64,000 nt of DNA from the human T2T-CHM13v2.0 reference genome, Homo sapiens: the NCBI RefSeq assembly GCF_009914755.1, contig NC_060929.1. The stretch is one strand, 5' to 3'. Shown piece after piece: positions 38,829 to 52,420 of this stretch. The notes below the pieces were generated by a model. That model had not been told where the DNA came from, searched no databases, and saw only the letters and a list, made by a program, of their open reading frames with translations. The translations under genes were made by a program, and so were the position numbers. Positions within the stretch are counted from its first letter, which is position 1. Every line of letters starts with the position of its first letter.

Positions 38829-40064
38829 TCGAAGGGGTCCTAAGACCTTGTAAGTGTTTCCCTACAGCTGACAATAAAAAAGGTCAAACAATTATCACAT
38901 GAAATAACTTTTAAGGACTCATGTATGTAAATTTAAGGAACAGGAACATTAGGATGACCTTAAGATATGTTTACACATGAAAGTGTCCAAGCCTATAATA
39001 CTTTATTATTTTAGCATTTACAGAGTACTTTTGCTAGGTACTTTGCTAGCTTCTTGAGACTTAATGTTGAATTAGACATGGCTTTTGTCTGAAAGGAGGC
39101 TCAAAGGTTTGCCGAAGCTCCAAACCTCTGGAAAATACACTTTAAAATACAGGACCTAGACATAGTTAAACAGAGGCAGTTAATATCTCATGGATGAGAA
39201 ACATAAAGAAGCCATTCAATATGATCTCATTTACTTTCTCCATACGTACACTACAGGTAGTTATATTAGACAACTGTAGCTGTTCTACAGTTAGAAATTA
39301 TGAAGCCAATAAAAATGCTTTAATTGCTGTTCTTTTGCATTTCATCTCAAAGCAACTTTAACTTGAACTCTTCAAGTGAGATTTCTTGTGGAGATACACC
39401 CGAGAAGAACCTGTGCACTGTGAACTTCCTCATGCTCATGCCCATTGCTTGGTTGGCACCCCACGCTGAACTAGAAGGAGCCAGGACAAGAAGCTCAGCA
39501 TCCCTGGCACCCTACTGTTAAATCCATGGGCCAGTCTGCAGGGCAGGGAGAGTTTAGATTGAAATCAACCCAGCACAGGGCGTGGGGCCAGGGGAAGAGA
39601 AGTAGTCCATATCAGCCATAGCAGTCTTCTGGCCGTCTGTGGCCCAGCCCTGAAAGCTTTTACCCAGTAAATTTTTTAAGCTTTCATTTTGGCTGCCTAG
39701 ACAGATGTTCCAAATTTATATCTGCTTCACTTAGTGCAAGAACCAGGTAATGAGGAAGAAGCCAGTTCCAGTAAATGATCCCCAAGGCTACGGTCCTTTC
39801 CATTTGGGCAAATAGATGATAAAACCTGTACGGCGTTCCACTAATGCTCAAAGTCAGTTTCTTCAGTGGAAGTACACTTCGAATAACAAATCTAACAGCA
39901 ATTGGCAGGGGTCTGCCTCACAGGAGGGTGGCATCTTTTATTTAAAAAGCCTTGTTTTTGTGAAAAACAAGAGGGGCCTCATTTATGAATGCAAATGATG
40001 GCTTGCTTTTGTTTTACAAAATATTGAGAGATGGTATTAGATACTATGATTGAATATGCACACA

Positions 40065-40100
40065 ACATGCATGCATGCGCGCGCGCACACACACACACAC
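40065..40100. repeat. Alternating purine-pyrimidine tract (ATGC)n(GC)n(AC)n
   Basis: ACATGCATGCATGCGCGCGCGCACACACACACACAC, 36 bp of perfect alternation. Confidence 0.9.
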
Positions 40101-40904
40101 CCACGGCCACTCAATGCATTTGTGAGCAGGTCAGAGACATACATTTTATATACTAGGATATTCAGTGCTTCTAAGTTTACGGAGACTGATGAAAAATATA
40201 AGTTATCCCCAAGTGAGGGAGTTTTCATAATTGATGGTTTTGGACTTCAGAGACCAAAATTGACCTTCTGATCCTTTGGTTGCTCAGGGTGGATGGGGAA
40301 ATCAGGCTCTGCTTTTATCTGTCATCTGATATTTCCTTTACGTTATGACCTATCCCTGAGTGCTGGGACCTTGTGTCTCCCTACAAGTGCAAAATATGTA
40401 GTCCTTGCAGGTTAAAATCAAGACCTTGGCTTCATTTTGAAAACAGCATGCAGTAACCAATTATTTTAATGTTTCACATTTTCCACTTATGGTGATTATA
40501 AACTGTTTGGAACTTTGTTTTTAGACCAAGATAATTTTTAATAAATGGTCTGAAAGCTTCAAATCTGTTGATTTAATTATCAAAATCCGTGTTCCTGTTA
40601 AAAAACTCAAGAGAACATTTTGATTATGGGGATGGCTTAATAGACAATTAGGTAAAGTGATCTGGCAGAAGCAGCATAGTCAAGGCTCTTTCGCAAGGCA
40701 ACTTGTCTCCACAGAAGGCAAAACTCTTCAACCAACAGGAACTTGGGCATAGACTTTTTTCTTCTCACAGTTTTTTTGCTTACTGAAATAAAGGGTGCAT
40801 GAAATCCTGAGCAGGCAAATTAACTAGACAAAGCACTTAGAAGCTGAATTTAAAGTTCCAATGGAGACCATTGGAAAACTGTATTGAGTGCTTTTAGTGA
40901 AAAT

Positions 40905-41265
40905 TCTACCCATTAATGATGTAGTAAAGAAAATGTGGTACGTATATACCATGAAATACTATGCAGCCATAAAGGAGAAGGTAATCATGTGAGTGAATTA
41001 ACACAGGAACAGAAAACTAACTTACAAGTGGGAGCTAAACATTGAGTACACATGGACGTAAAGATGGCAACTATAGACACTGGGGGGACTACCAGAGGGT
41101 GTAGTGGGGGAGAGGGGCAAGGGTTGAGAAACTACCTATTGGGTACTATGCTCACTACTTGGGTGACAGGATGATTGTACACCAAACCTCAACATTATGC
41201 GATCTACCCATATAACAAACCTGGACGTGTAATCCCTTGACCTAAAATAAAAGTTGAAAAAAAAA
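40905..41265 (+). mobile_element. L1PA15/16- or L1PB-type 3' end with internal deletions
   Basis: AAGAAAATGTGGTAC…GGGTTGAGAAACTACCTATTGGGTACTATGCTCACTAC…CTAAAATAAAAGTTGAAAAAAAAA. Confidence 0.9.
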
Positions 41266-42212
41266 GTTTACTTGCTCAGTTGTAGGCCAACAGATGTAGT
41301 CTCATAACTGGCAAGGACTGTGAAGAAGGGCATGGCATGATGAATAAAGAGACAGGATGAATACAGGGTGAATATGATTCCCATGTCTTGATTCAGATTA
41401 GAACTGTCCACTGGTATGGGAAGTACCTTATCCGGATCCATTCCCTTAGAAATGGTTCCAGAGATTTGTCCAGAGATAGTGGAAAATATCCCACAAACCC
41501 ATGAGTTATTTTCTGAACACCTTATTAATACAATGATCATGTAAGTTATTTAAAATTTCATCTGGGAAGAAGGTAAAATTAGATGCAATGCTGAGATTCC
41601 ACTGGACATGATGAGAAGCATGACCACAGTATTTCTGAAGAATTTGCCCAATGGACTAGGTGCCAGGTGATAGAGGAGTGACTGATGGCTCTTCCATCAT
41701 GTCTCTGTGTGAACAGAAAAAAATTATCATAATGCCACAGTTTCCCATTCTTTTGACTCATGCTCCTGTCTAGCCAGCAGCAAGCTGCCACAGGCAAACC
41801 TTCTTGAAAGAAGGAAACAACTCAGGTTTCGGCATTTATGTTGCAGTCATTTGTTGAACTTTTTTGAAGCAATTTTTACTTATGAGAGTATCTACAGCAG
41901 TGGCTTTCAACATACATCTCATTGAAACATCCTAGCATGTAATAATTGGTGAGGTATGTCACAAGAAATATGCAAGGTACTAAAATGTGTAATATGTCAT
42001 TTTGCATAAATTCACTTGAATTCAAGGTTACTGGTATAATGATACAAGTCACACTTACTGATATTGCAAAAAGCTTTCTGGAAAAACAAAATGGGTTGGA
42101 GCTTGGGAATCAGCTAATCTTATTTTTAAAATCTAGTTGAGTTGGACAGAGTGTCTTCTGTGCCATTGAGTCTCTTACCAGTGTTCCACCAGGAGAAAAA
42201 AAAATTGAGAGT

Positions 42213-42450
42213 CTGTGTTCCACTTATCTATTGCTGCATAACAAACCACTCCAAAATGTAATGTCCTAAAACAAAACAACATTCATTTTGCTTGTGAATC
42301 TGCAACTTGAGCAGGGCTCAGTGGGGATAGCTGTTTTTCTGCTCCCCTCGGAATCAACAGGGTCAGCTCTGAGGCTCAGGGCAGGAATCATCTGAATGCG
42401 TACTCACTCTCACGTCTCGGGCAGGTATGTGAGTTGTTGTGGCCAGGGGA
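42213..42450 (-). mobile_element. MLT1 (G/H-like) LTR fragment
   Basis: TTATCTATTGCTGCATAACAAACCACTCCAAAA…GAATCTGCAACTTGAGCAGGGCTCAG is the antisense MLT1 3' end. Confidence 0.8.
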
Positions 42451-42454
42451 TGGA

Positions 42455-42952
42455 CTGTGGCACATTGTATTTTCCAAAAGTGGCCATAGCTAAATTTCTA
42501 GTCCCACATGCTCTTCCAGAACTTTGGCACTCACCTATCAAAACGTGGGGTGAATGTTCCTTCCCCTTGATCCTGGGAAGGATGGTGAATACTCTGACCA
42601 ATAACGTGTAGCAGAAATCTTGCCAGCCTTGACTTTCGAGGCTGGGCTGTAAAGGGTAACATGACTTCCATTTGAAATTCCTCTCATGATGCTCAGTCTA
42701 CGAAGCCCCGGCCACATGAAGAGGACATTGTTAAGTGGCTGATAATCTCAGCTAAGTTCTCAACTAACAACTAGGATCAACGATCTGACATGAGTAAAGG
42801 AGTCTTCCCCTCACTCCAGCCTCGAGATTTGAACCTTCCTAAGCTGACACCCTGTGGAGCTGAGATGAGCTACCCCCACCCGGCCCCAGAGTCTTGTTCA
42901 AATTGCGGATGTGTGAGTAAAATAAGTAGATAACTGTAATAGGTAGCTGCAA
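42455..42952 (+). mobile_element. MLT1 (G-like) LTR
   Basis: TGTGGCACATTGTATTTTCCAAAAGTGGCCA…CCCACATGCTCTTCCAGAAC…CAAATTGCGGATGTGTGAGTAAAATAA. Confidence 0.8.
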
Positions 42953-43734
42953 CTCTGCTTTAAAGATTAAAGAGCGGATGTGCTCAAAATTTTCTGAAGA
43001 TTCCAGAGGTTATTCTGAAACAAAAGTTGTTTTATTGATTATTGCTGCTTATGTATTTTTCTTGCCTAATTAGACATGGGCACCAATCTCTTGTCAAAAT
43101 TCACTCCTTTCCACCAAAGTATATACCCCATTCTCTAATTTTCTAGATAGCATCTTTGTGGTAAAATGTGAACTCAACATTGCTAAATTGACAATCTGTA
43201 GATTTTTGTTATTTTTGGCAGTCTGTGTCCTAGAATTCTTTACTTCTATTCTCTAACTTATTTCTGAATTGTTAGATAAGATGAACTATAATTTTTGAAC
43301 TGAATGGTAATGATATAGCATGGTTATTATATTAGTGTTTGGTAGATTTAAAGATTTCAGGGCTTTCATGTTAGCATAAGTACAACTTGATCAGACACCA
43401 AAGAGTATATAGGGATATTATGTGATGTTGTGTATTGCAAGATAAACAAGGCCACGATTCTTTTAAATAGAATTTTGCTATCTTCACCAAGTTTTTTGTT
43501 AAATAGGAACACAATGGCATATAGTTTTTGCTTCTGAAATGTCACTGTGTTGTTTCCTTATCAAAAGAATTCTGATAAATGACAGAAGTCTCCCCTTTCA
43601 GAGATAATAATTGATAAACAATCCTGTAAAATCTCCACAAATATATCATGAAAGAAATTTTTTTTCTATAGGGGTTGTCCATCCTTCATTCTGTCCTCTA
43701 AGTAGATTTTTAAGGATCTGCATCAAACATAATC

Positions 43735-43905
43735 CAAAGCATTTTCAAACTTTAGCATTCATTAGAATCATCTAGAAAGCTTAAGTCACCGACTGCTATG
43801 CCCCAGCCCCATAGCTTCTGATTCACTAGTAGAGTGAATCCCAAGAAATTGCATTTCTAACAGTGCTGCTCATCCCATGACCACACTATGAAGATTACTG
43901 ATCTA
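43735..43905. mobile_element. MER5A-like hAT-Charlie element
   Basis: TTCAAACTTTAGCATTCATTAGAATCATCTAGAAAGCTT…TTCTGATTCA…TGCATTTCTAACA…GACCACACT. Confidence 0.75.
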
Positions 43906-44501
43906 GAGAAACAAGATAAAAGCCTAATATGTGGAGATATTTTTCTAACCACTACTCTCTGAAATATACTCAAATTTAAAGCAGCTTTCAGTTCATCCCG
44001 TGACAAAATAGTTTTCATTCATTCAAAGGTTAGACAAGTGATTTCTCTTAACCACATTTTCTCACATACTGGGGCAAAGTGCAAGAAGAAACAAATTGAT
44101 TCTTTCAGTCTGAATGTCATTGAGTTCTAAATGGGTTCTAGAATTGAGAATGTGTAGAAGTGCAAGCCATTTGTCACCAATGCACAACCAGAGAATTTGG
44201 TTAGTTTTGCCAGTTTAGAAAATAGCCAGAATTCTGTATCAAACATTTCAGTAATAAAAGATGGAATAGACAAAATTAGATTATGACTGGGAGCTTAAAG
44301 ACCAAATTTGTTCTGGTCTAGATGCCTCAGACATCTGATTCTCAAGAAACCCTCACTGTCTTCAGGAAAAGTATGAAAGATCTCTTTCCTCAACTCCTGA
44401 GAAGGAAACAGATCTGTTACCTTGAAGGTTTTCTTTCAGTATTCTATATATTTTAAACTAAATTAACCTAATTGAATTACTCAAAGAATTGGCCAAATCA
44501 G

Positions 44502-44916
44502 AACCAACCCAAATGTCCATCAATGATAGACTGGATTAAGAAAATGTGGCACATATACACCATGGAATACTATGCAGCCATAAAAAAGGATGAGTTCATG
44601 TCCTTTGTAAGGACATGGATGAAGCTGGAAACCATCATTCTCAGCAAACTATTGCAAGGACAAAAAACCAAACACCGCATGTTCTCACTCATAGGTGGGA
44701 ATTGAACAATGAGAATACTTGGACACAGGAAGGGGAACATCACACACTGGGGCCTATTGTGGGGCGGGGGGAGGGGGAGATATAGCATTAGGATATAAAC
44801 CTAATGTAAATGATGAGTTAATGGGTGCAGCACACCAGCATGGCACATGTATACATATGTAACACACTGCACATTGTGCACATGTACCCTAGAACTTAAA
44901 GTATAATAATAAAAAA
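44502..44916 (+). mobile_element. 5'-truncated L1PA (PA3-5-like) 3' end with 19-bp TSD
   Basis: ORF2 C-terminus (PKCPSMIDWIKKMWHIYTMEYYAAIKKDEFMSF…FSLIGGN*) plus 3'UTR. TSD AAAGAATTGGCCAA(A/G)TCAG at 44483-44501 and 44917-44935. Confidence 0.95.
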
Positions 44917-46551
44917 AAAGAATTGGCCAAGTCAGCAGTGCTTTAGGTTGGCTCTGGAATTATTAAGGTCCTTCTGTCCACAGACTTTCCACTGATTCTT
45001 TCTCCATCCTTAATTCAGTTGTTTCTTTCTAATTTAACTCTTTCATAATTGGATAATTAGAGTTTCCATTTTCCATTGCGGACCATCTTGCTTTGACTTG
45101 CTGAAGTGCATGTTTATGAATGTATACTTTCTATTAGTGATTTGCTAAATGTCTCATTTATTTAAAACATTTTCTCTTTTATTATAAAAAGAAATACATG
45201 CTCATTGTAGGGAAAATACCAAGATATTAAAGAAAAATTAATATCCCAAAGGCTATCATTAAGAGATATGTAGTAAATATTGTGATGATTTTCTTTACAC
45301 TCATTTTATATATATATGCTCACTATATATATATTTGGAGTTTTCAAAAATATAAATTAAGAGTTACCTACGAATAAACTTAACCAAAAAAGTGAAAGAT
45401 CTCTACAATAAGAACTACAAAACATTGATGAAAGAAGTTGAAGAAAACACAGACAAGTGGAAAAATGTTTCATGTTCATGGACAGGAAGAATTAATATTG
45501 TTAAAATGTCCATACTATCCAAAACGATCCACAGATTCAATGCAATCCCTATCAAAATACCAATGACATTATTCAGATAAATAGAAAAAACAAGCCTAAA
45601 ATTTGTATGAAACTACAGAAGATCCCAAATAACCAAACAAGTCTTCAACAAAAAGAAGAAAGCTTGAGACATCACACTATCTGACATCAAAATAAATTAC
45701 AAAGCAGTAGCAACCAAAACAGCATGATGCTGGCATAAAAACAGACACACAGACCAATGGAACAGAATAGAGAACCCAGATGTAACTTCATACATTTACA
45801 GCCAACTGATATTCAACAAAAGCACCAAGAACACACATTGGGGAAAGAACAATCTCCAATAAATGGTGCTGGGAAAACAATATCCACATGCAGAAGAATG
45901 AAACTAGACCTTTATCTCTCATCATTTACAAAAATCAACTCAAAATGGATTAAAGACTTAAATGTAAGACCTGAAACTATGAAACTACTAGAAGAAAACA
46001 TCGAGAAAATGCTTCATGATATTGATCTGGGCAAAGATTTTTTGGATGAAACCTCAGAAGCATAGGCAAAAATAGACAAATATGATTACATCAAACTAAA
46101 AATCATCTGTACAGCAAACAAACCTAAGTGAAGAGATAGTTTACAGAATGAGAGAAAATATTTGCAAACTATACATCCGACAAAAGGTTAATACCCAGAA
46201 TGTACTAAGAAACTCAAATAACTCAATAGCAAAAAACCAAATAACTCAATTTTTAAGAAGGCAAAAAATCTGAGTAGATATTTCTTAAAAGAAGACATAT
46301 AAATGGCCAGCAGGTATACGAAAAAATGCTCAGTATCACGAATCATCTGGGAAATGCAGATCAAAACTGCAATGAGATATTATCTCACCCCAATTAGAAG
46401 GGCTGTTATTAAAAAGACAAAATATAACAAGTTCTGGTGAGGATATGGAGAAAGGGGAATACTTACACGTGTTTGGTGGGAATGTAAGTTAGCACAGTCA
46501 CTATGGAAAACAGTATGGAAGTTCCTCAAAACATTAAAAATACAACTGTCA

Positions 46552-47191
<640 letters not shown>

Positions 47192-47584
47192 AACTGCCAT
47201 ATGATCCAGCAATGCCACTATTGGCTATATATCCAAAGGAAAAGAAATCAGTAGGCCAAAGAGATATCTGCACTCCCATGTTTATTGCAGCACTATTCAC
47301 ATTAGCCAAGATATGAAGTCAAACTAAGTGTCCATCAATAGATGATTGGATTAAAAAAATTAGCATATTTACACAACTGAATACTATTTATCCATAAAAA
47401 AGAATGAAATCCTGTCATTATAATTTTTTAAATTAAGGGTTATATTATAAAATTTTAAGTAAGTCAAATGGTTTTTATTTTTCATTACTTTATACTTATC
47501 ATTACTGTTATTAATATTAGTAATAAAATTTATGAATGTCTACTAAATACTAGACACTATGCTAAGTTCTTTACATGTATTATC

Positions 47585-47645
47585 CTTTTTTAAAAAATTC
47601 AACTTTTAGATAAGGGGTACATGTGCAGGTTTGTTACATGAGTGT
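47585..47645 (-). mobile_element. Short L1P 3'-terminal fragment
   Basis: TTCAACTTTTAGATAAGGGGTACATGTGCAGGTTTGTTACATG. Confidence 0.7.
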
Positions 47646-48959
47646 AAAATTAGAACACGTAAAAATAGAAAAAAATGAAGAAAATTATAACTTACCCATA
47701 ATAAATACCATTCCTTCCCATCACAAATATTATCTTTATTTACATTTTAGGGTTATATGTTAAGATATTTCATATGCATATGAATGCATTTTTTGAATTT
47801 GAATTGAACTGAATTTTTTTGAATTGAATAGAATTTTCCTTACAGATTGCTATGTATGGATGGAGGAGTGAATTATGAAGGAGCACAAGAAAGCTTTTGT
47901 GGGATGCATACATTTAGTATCTTCATTAGTATCTTCCTATTATGGTGTGTGATAATGTCAAAATTTATCAAGTTGTACACCTTAAATATTTGCAGCATAT
48001 TGCATGTCAAGCACACCTTAATAAAGCTGCTAATCTTTTTTTGAAAAAGGAAAACAACATGTTTTTGGCCACAATTGTGGTGGAATGTGAGTCCACATTG
48101 TATGTAAGACTCTGCAAGGTGGTTACTCTTCCAGAAGCATAATGATTGGGCAATGGCCGTATAAGCATAAGAGGATGAAATTATATCAGCTCATAAAACA
48201 GAATCGAGGGAGAAGAGGGAGTGGGGTTCAGGTGGCAGAACCAACTTTTATCAAAGTAGGAATAGTAGCTCTTTTATGTTTTGTTATTCTTGGAGAAGTC
48301 AGAGGTTTTCATATTCTCCCCAGCAGGGGCCCATTTAATGGTCTAACAGCAAGTGTTTATTTAGATTGTGCTTCTCACTCACAACCCGTCAACTCACACA
48401 GGAGGTAGGACACAATAATAAAAACTGGAAAACTGACAAGGGACTAAAACGAGGGCTTTTGGGGTATTTCCCCCAATCCTGGTTCAACAGACATTTACTT
48501 GTTACTTACTATGTATACTTGCTACCTTTTATGTATCTATAAAATATATGTGACAGAAACAGATAGGTTTCTGCCTCTCTAATTAGCTCAGAGGTAAATA
48601 AATAAATAGATACTTATACTTGAGGGTTTGTGAAGCACAAATCTGTTAGAAATAGAGGTGAAGAGAGGCATCTGTATACAGTAAACTGTGTCAGATTAGC
48701 AAATTTCTTGGCCAATTTAGTTTTACTTTAGGGTAAGAAATATGTACTCTATTACTGATCCATTTCCATTTCTAATTGATTCCCCTAATTATCCTAAGGA
48801 ATTTTCTGTAGTAAATACCAAACCTATTTCAACAGAAATAATAAAAGTGGGATTTTATTTTCAAATTCAATAGAAGTGTCTTGGGAGATCATCAAAGCCC
48901 CAAGTCCAGAGGATATACGTCATGGTAACTGGTTATTCTCAGCCACTCCATCAGAAAAT

Positions 48960-49066
48960 ATTTACTATGCTTTTACTAAATAACATTTGTTATATAACCA
49001 ACCTTCTATTAATGGGCACTTAAGTTTTTTCCAACTTTTTACTATTACAAACAAATGGCAAACACA

Positions 49067-49110
<44 letters not shown>

Positions 49111-49220
49111 TCTTTGCTTGTCTACAGTTTTTTCCATTAAACATATTCCTAAAAGTGGAATTGCTGGGTCAATGAATATAAATATTTTAAATTCGTATCG
49201 CTATTGCCAAATTTCTTTTC
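48960..49220 (-). mobile_element. L1ME-type fragment containing (TG)19 at 49072-49109
   Basis: AATGGGCACTTAAGTTTTTTCCAAC…TTCCTAAAAGTGGAATTGCTGGGTCAA…TTGCCAAAT. Confidence 0.7.
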
Positions 49221-49329
49221 TGCATTGAGTGGATTCAGCCATGGATTTTTGTCTTTGATCTTGACTAGAAAAGTTCCAGTGGAAACAGTCTGAAGCCAGA
49301 TTATAGAAATTCAGGGAGGGGAAGAGAAC

Positions 49330-49617
49330 GCAGCCTGTGAAAATAACTCTTTCCAAAAGTTCGCTGATGATACTGGAGTATAAAGGCCTTTTTCCTTTAT
49401 CCCAATTGAGGAAAACTTTGCAGAGAAATCTCAGCTTCAAAGCTCCCCATAGGGACAGCTGAGGCCTTTGTTGTGACACCATGACACAGCTCAGCTTCTC
49501 CTTCTGCTCAGTCCTTATTCCTTCATCCTCCCAAAGGCATTGATCAGGGGAGATGAACATCCTGTACACACTAATCTTCATCATATAGTTTCTTTCCCAG
49601 AGAACCTGACTTCAAGT
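49330..49617 (+). mobile_element. LTR16-like ERVL LTR fragment
   Basis: CAGCTCAGCTTCTCCTTCTGCTCAGTCC…TCCTGTACACACTAATCTTCATC…TTTCCCAGAGAACCTGAC matches the recalled LTR16 3' half. Confidence 0.7.
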
Positions 49618-49619
49618 GT

Positions 49620-50400
49620 CTGTCAACCTATATTCCATACCAAGTAAATATATTCTTCAAAAACAAACTCCTTTTTGGACAATCAAAAGCCAAGAGAATT
49701 CATTGCCAATAAGTTTGCCCTGCAAGAATACTAAAAGAAGTTCTTCAAATGAAGGGAAATTATTCTATATGAAAGCACAGATCTTCAGGGAGAAATGAAG
49801 AGCACCAGAAAGGATATATATGTAGGTGAACATAAAAGTCCATTTTTTAATAAAAAGGCAAACAATGAAATAACAATGCATTGTGGGGTTTATAACATAT
49901 GTAGAAATAAAATATATAACAACAATAACAAAAGGCAGAGGAATTGGTAAAAATGTTTGTGATATGGTACAATATTCAAGGCAAACTATAATAAATTGTG
50001 GGTGCATATTTTAACTTCCAGTGTAACTAAAATAATACAAAAACATATAGCTAAAAAGCCAATGGAGAAATATCATGAATAATAAAAATATTTGCTTAAT
50101 TCAAGATAAGTAAGGAAGAGAAGAATAAAAGTTCAAAGAACAGATAGACAAGTAGAAAAGAAAAAGCAAGATGGTAGAAAAATCCCAACTGTATCAGTAA
50201 TTACATTTGGTGTAAATGAAGTAAACACACCAATTAAATTGTCAGAATGGATTAAAACACACACATGTGCACACACACACCTGTGCACACTCACATGGCC
50301 CAAATACATACTGTTTACAAGAGACATACTTCAAATATAAAGACGTGGTTAAGTTGAAGGTCAAAGAGTGGGCAATGATATATTATGCAAATATTAACCA
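49620..50400 (+). mobile_element. Old L1 ORF1-end / ORF2-start fragment
   Basis: ORF 50267-50449 contains YCLQETYFKYKD…KLKVKEW…IYYAN, the L1 endonuclease CLQET motif. Confidence 0.8.
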
Positions 50401-50459
50401 CTTGAATTCTATGGCTACTCTTCTTTACAAAGGTGGGATTTCCTTGTAGGGCTTCAGGG

Positions 50460-50650
50460 AGGGGAAAGAATAGCAATTAAAAAGAAGAGATGAGAAGAAG
50501 AGCTAGAAAAGAGTAGGAAGAGAGGGAGGGGAGAAAAAGAAAAATGGAGAAGAGAAAAGGAAGGAGAGAGAGGATTTGGAAAATTAGAGGGGCAAGAGTT
50601 AAAGAGAAAAGTAGGGAAGTATAATAGTGAAGGACAAATAGGATGGGGAG
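50460..50650. repeat. GA-rich low complexity
   Basis: Purine-rich AG/GGA run. Confidence 0.7.
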
Positions 50651-50710
50651 GTACTGCTATAAAGTTTCACAGGTAATTTCTCTTTAGCAATCAAGTTTCT
50701 TGTAGACCCA

Positions 50711-51065
50711 TGTATTAGTTTGTTTTCATACTGCTGATAAAGACATACCTGAGACTGGTAAGAAAAAGAGGTTTAATTGGACTTACAGTTCCACATGGCT
50801 GGGGAGATCTCAGAATCATGGGGGAGGTGAAAGGAACTTCTTACGTGGCAGCTGGCAAGAGAAAAATGATGAAGAAGCAAGAGCAAAAACCCCTGATAAA
50901 CCCATCAGATCTCGTGAGACTTACTCACTATCACGAGAATAGCACGGGAAAGACCGGCTCCCATGATTCAATTACCTCCCCCTGGGCCCCTCCCACAGCA
51001 CGTGGGAATTCTGGGAGCTACAATTTAAGTTGAGATTTGGGTGGGGAGACAGCCAAACCATATCA
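50711..51065 (-). mobile_element. THE1 (THE1C-like) MaLR solo LTR with 5-bp TSD
   Basis: TGTATTAGT…CAGCCAAACCATATCA, 355 bp; TSD ACCCA at 50706-50710 and 51066-51070. Confidence 0.95.
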
Positions 51066-51934
51066 ACCCATCTCCCAACTCCAGACAGTGCTTTTTAATA
51101 GGACTACTCCCTAACTTGTTCCTTTTCATTTTTCTGTATATCACATTTTTAAATATCCAACCTTTTTGTTTTAAATGTGAAAAAGGGCCTCTGCTGGGTG
51201 AGGAAATACAACAAAATGCTTTACAACGTACAAGTGCCACTAATTACTTCAATTGCTTGCATTTTCCTGAGCCACACCTTGGGAATGCTAAGTACCCCAT
51301 TCCAGGCTACATGGCCAACACCCAACTTCTGCTGAGGGAGTGTTTATAGTAAGTGAATTCTCAACTACAGGATTTTGAAATGAATGTTATGAGAAAGATT
51401 TATGTTTGCAATGACTATGAATCTACGATTACTGACAGCACAAAGCTACAGATGTAAGTGAAAGGATTAGAAGCAGCTGATCCAAAAACAATGCAGTCTC
51501 AATATAAGGCCTTAGGTGAGTTTTTTTTTTTAATTAACATTTATATGGAAGGAGAGAACTTGTTTATTTCAGATTGCTGTCTTGGATTGACCTCAAAATA
51601 GAGGAAGCACATTGTAGGGTTTTAAAGCTATCCTTGAACTGGAATTAGCCTATAGAATTTTGCCTATAGAATATTTGGCATTAGTTGTTGGAGCTAAAAG
51701 GAGTTAGAATTTTCTTATGATAACTGAACCACCCTGCAGCTATTTTTCTTTCACAAATATGTGAACATTATCCAAAGGTGTTAGAATTGGGAATAGCAAA
51801 TACATGTTACACATCCCTGTATTTCCCTGTATGCATGGCCAACATTGCTAATTAAGCTTGGCATGCCTTTTTCTGGTTCTTTTGAATCCTTCTTGATGTA
51901 TCACTGGGCTGTACCATCAATCATCTAGGCATGA

Positions 51935-52420
51935 TGTGCAATTTCTCAGCATTTTTTTGGTGCCACATTCTCCTTCAGCAGTTTGTGCCTACGGACTTCT
52001 CACAATAATGTTATTTATTTTATTTTTTTAAATGTATAAAGTAAATTGCATAGGATTATTCTGACATGCAGTTACCAAGATATTTATAAAAATCTGTGGT
52101 ATAGTAATAAATTTGCTTCATTATAAATACACTAAAAAATCTACCAGTGGGTTTTAATAAAAACTGTTGAATTTTAACACAGTGATAAGCATAAATAATT
52201 CATCTGTATGTACTGCTGTAACGACATAAAAATAGTTATATTTTATACTTTTGACGAAGTCACAGGTACCACTACAACTGTGGGTTCTTTCTTTCATTCT
52301 CTCTCTCCTTCTTTTTGCCTTTATTCACAGTTGAAGGAATACTAAATTTTTGCTACATGTAAATAAAAATAGTATGTAATTATTTTTCCATCCATGTGGT
52401 CTCCAGGTTAGAAACCCTGG
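51935..52420. mobile_element. hAT-Charlie DNA transposon remnant (Charlie4-like)
   Basis: GACGAAGTCACAGGTACC…ATTCACAGTTGAAGGAA…CCAGGTTAGAAACCCTG terminus; recalled similarity only. Confidence 0.55.

Noticed and set aside
45392-46065. L1 ORF2 peptides as potential active coding sequence
   Set aside because: Fragmented by stops and frameshifts; no L1 in the window is intact.
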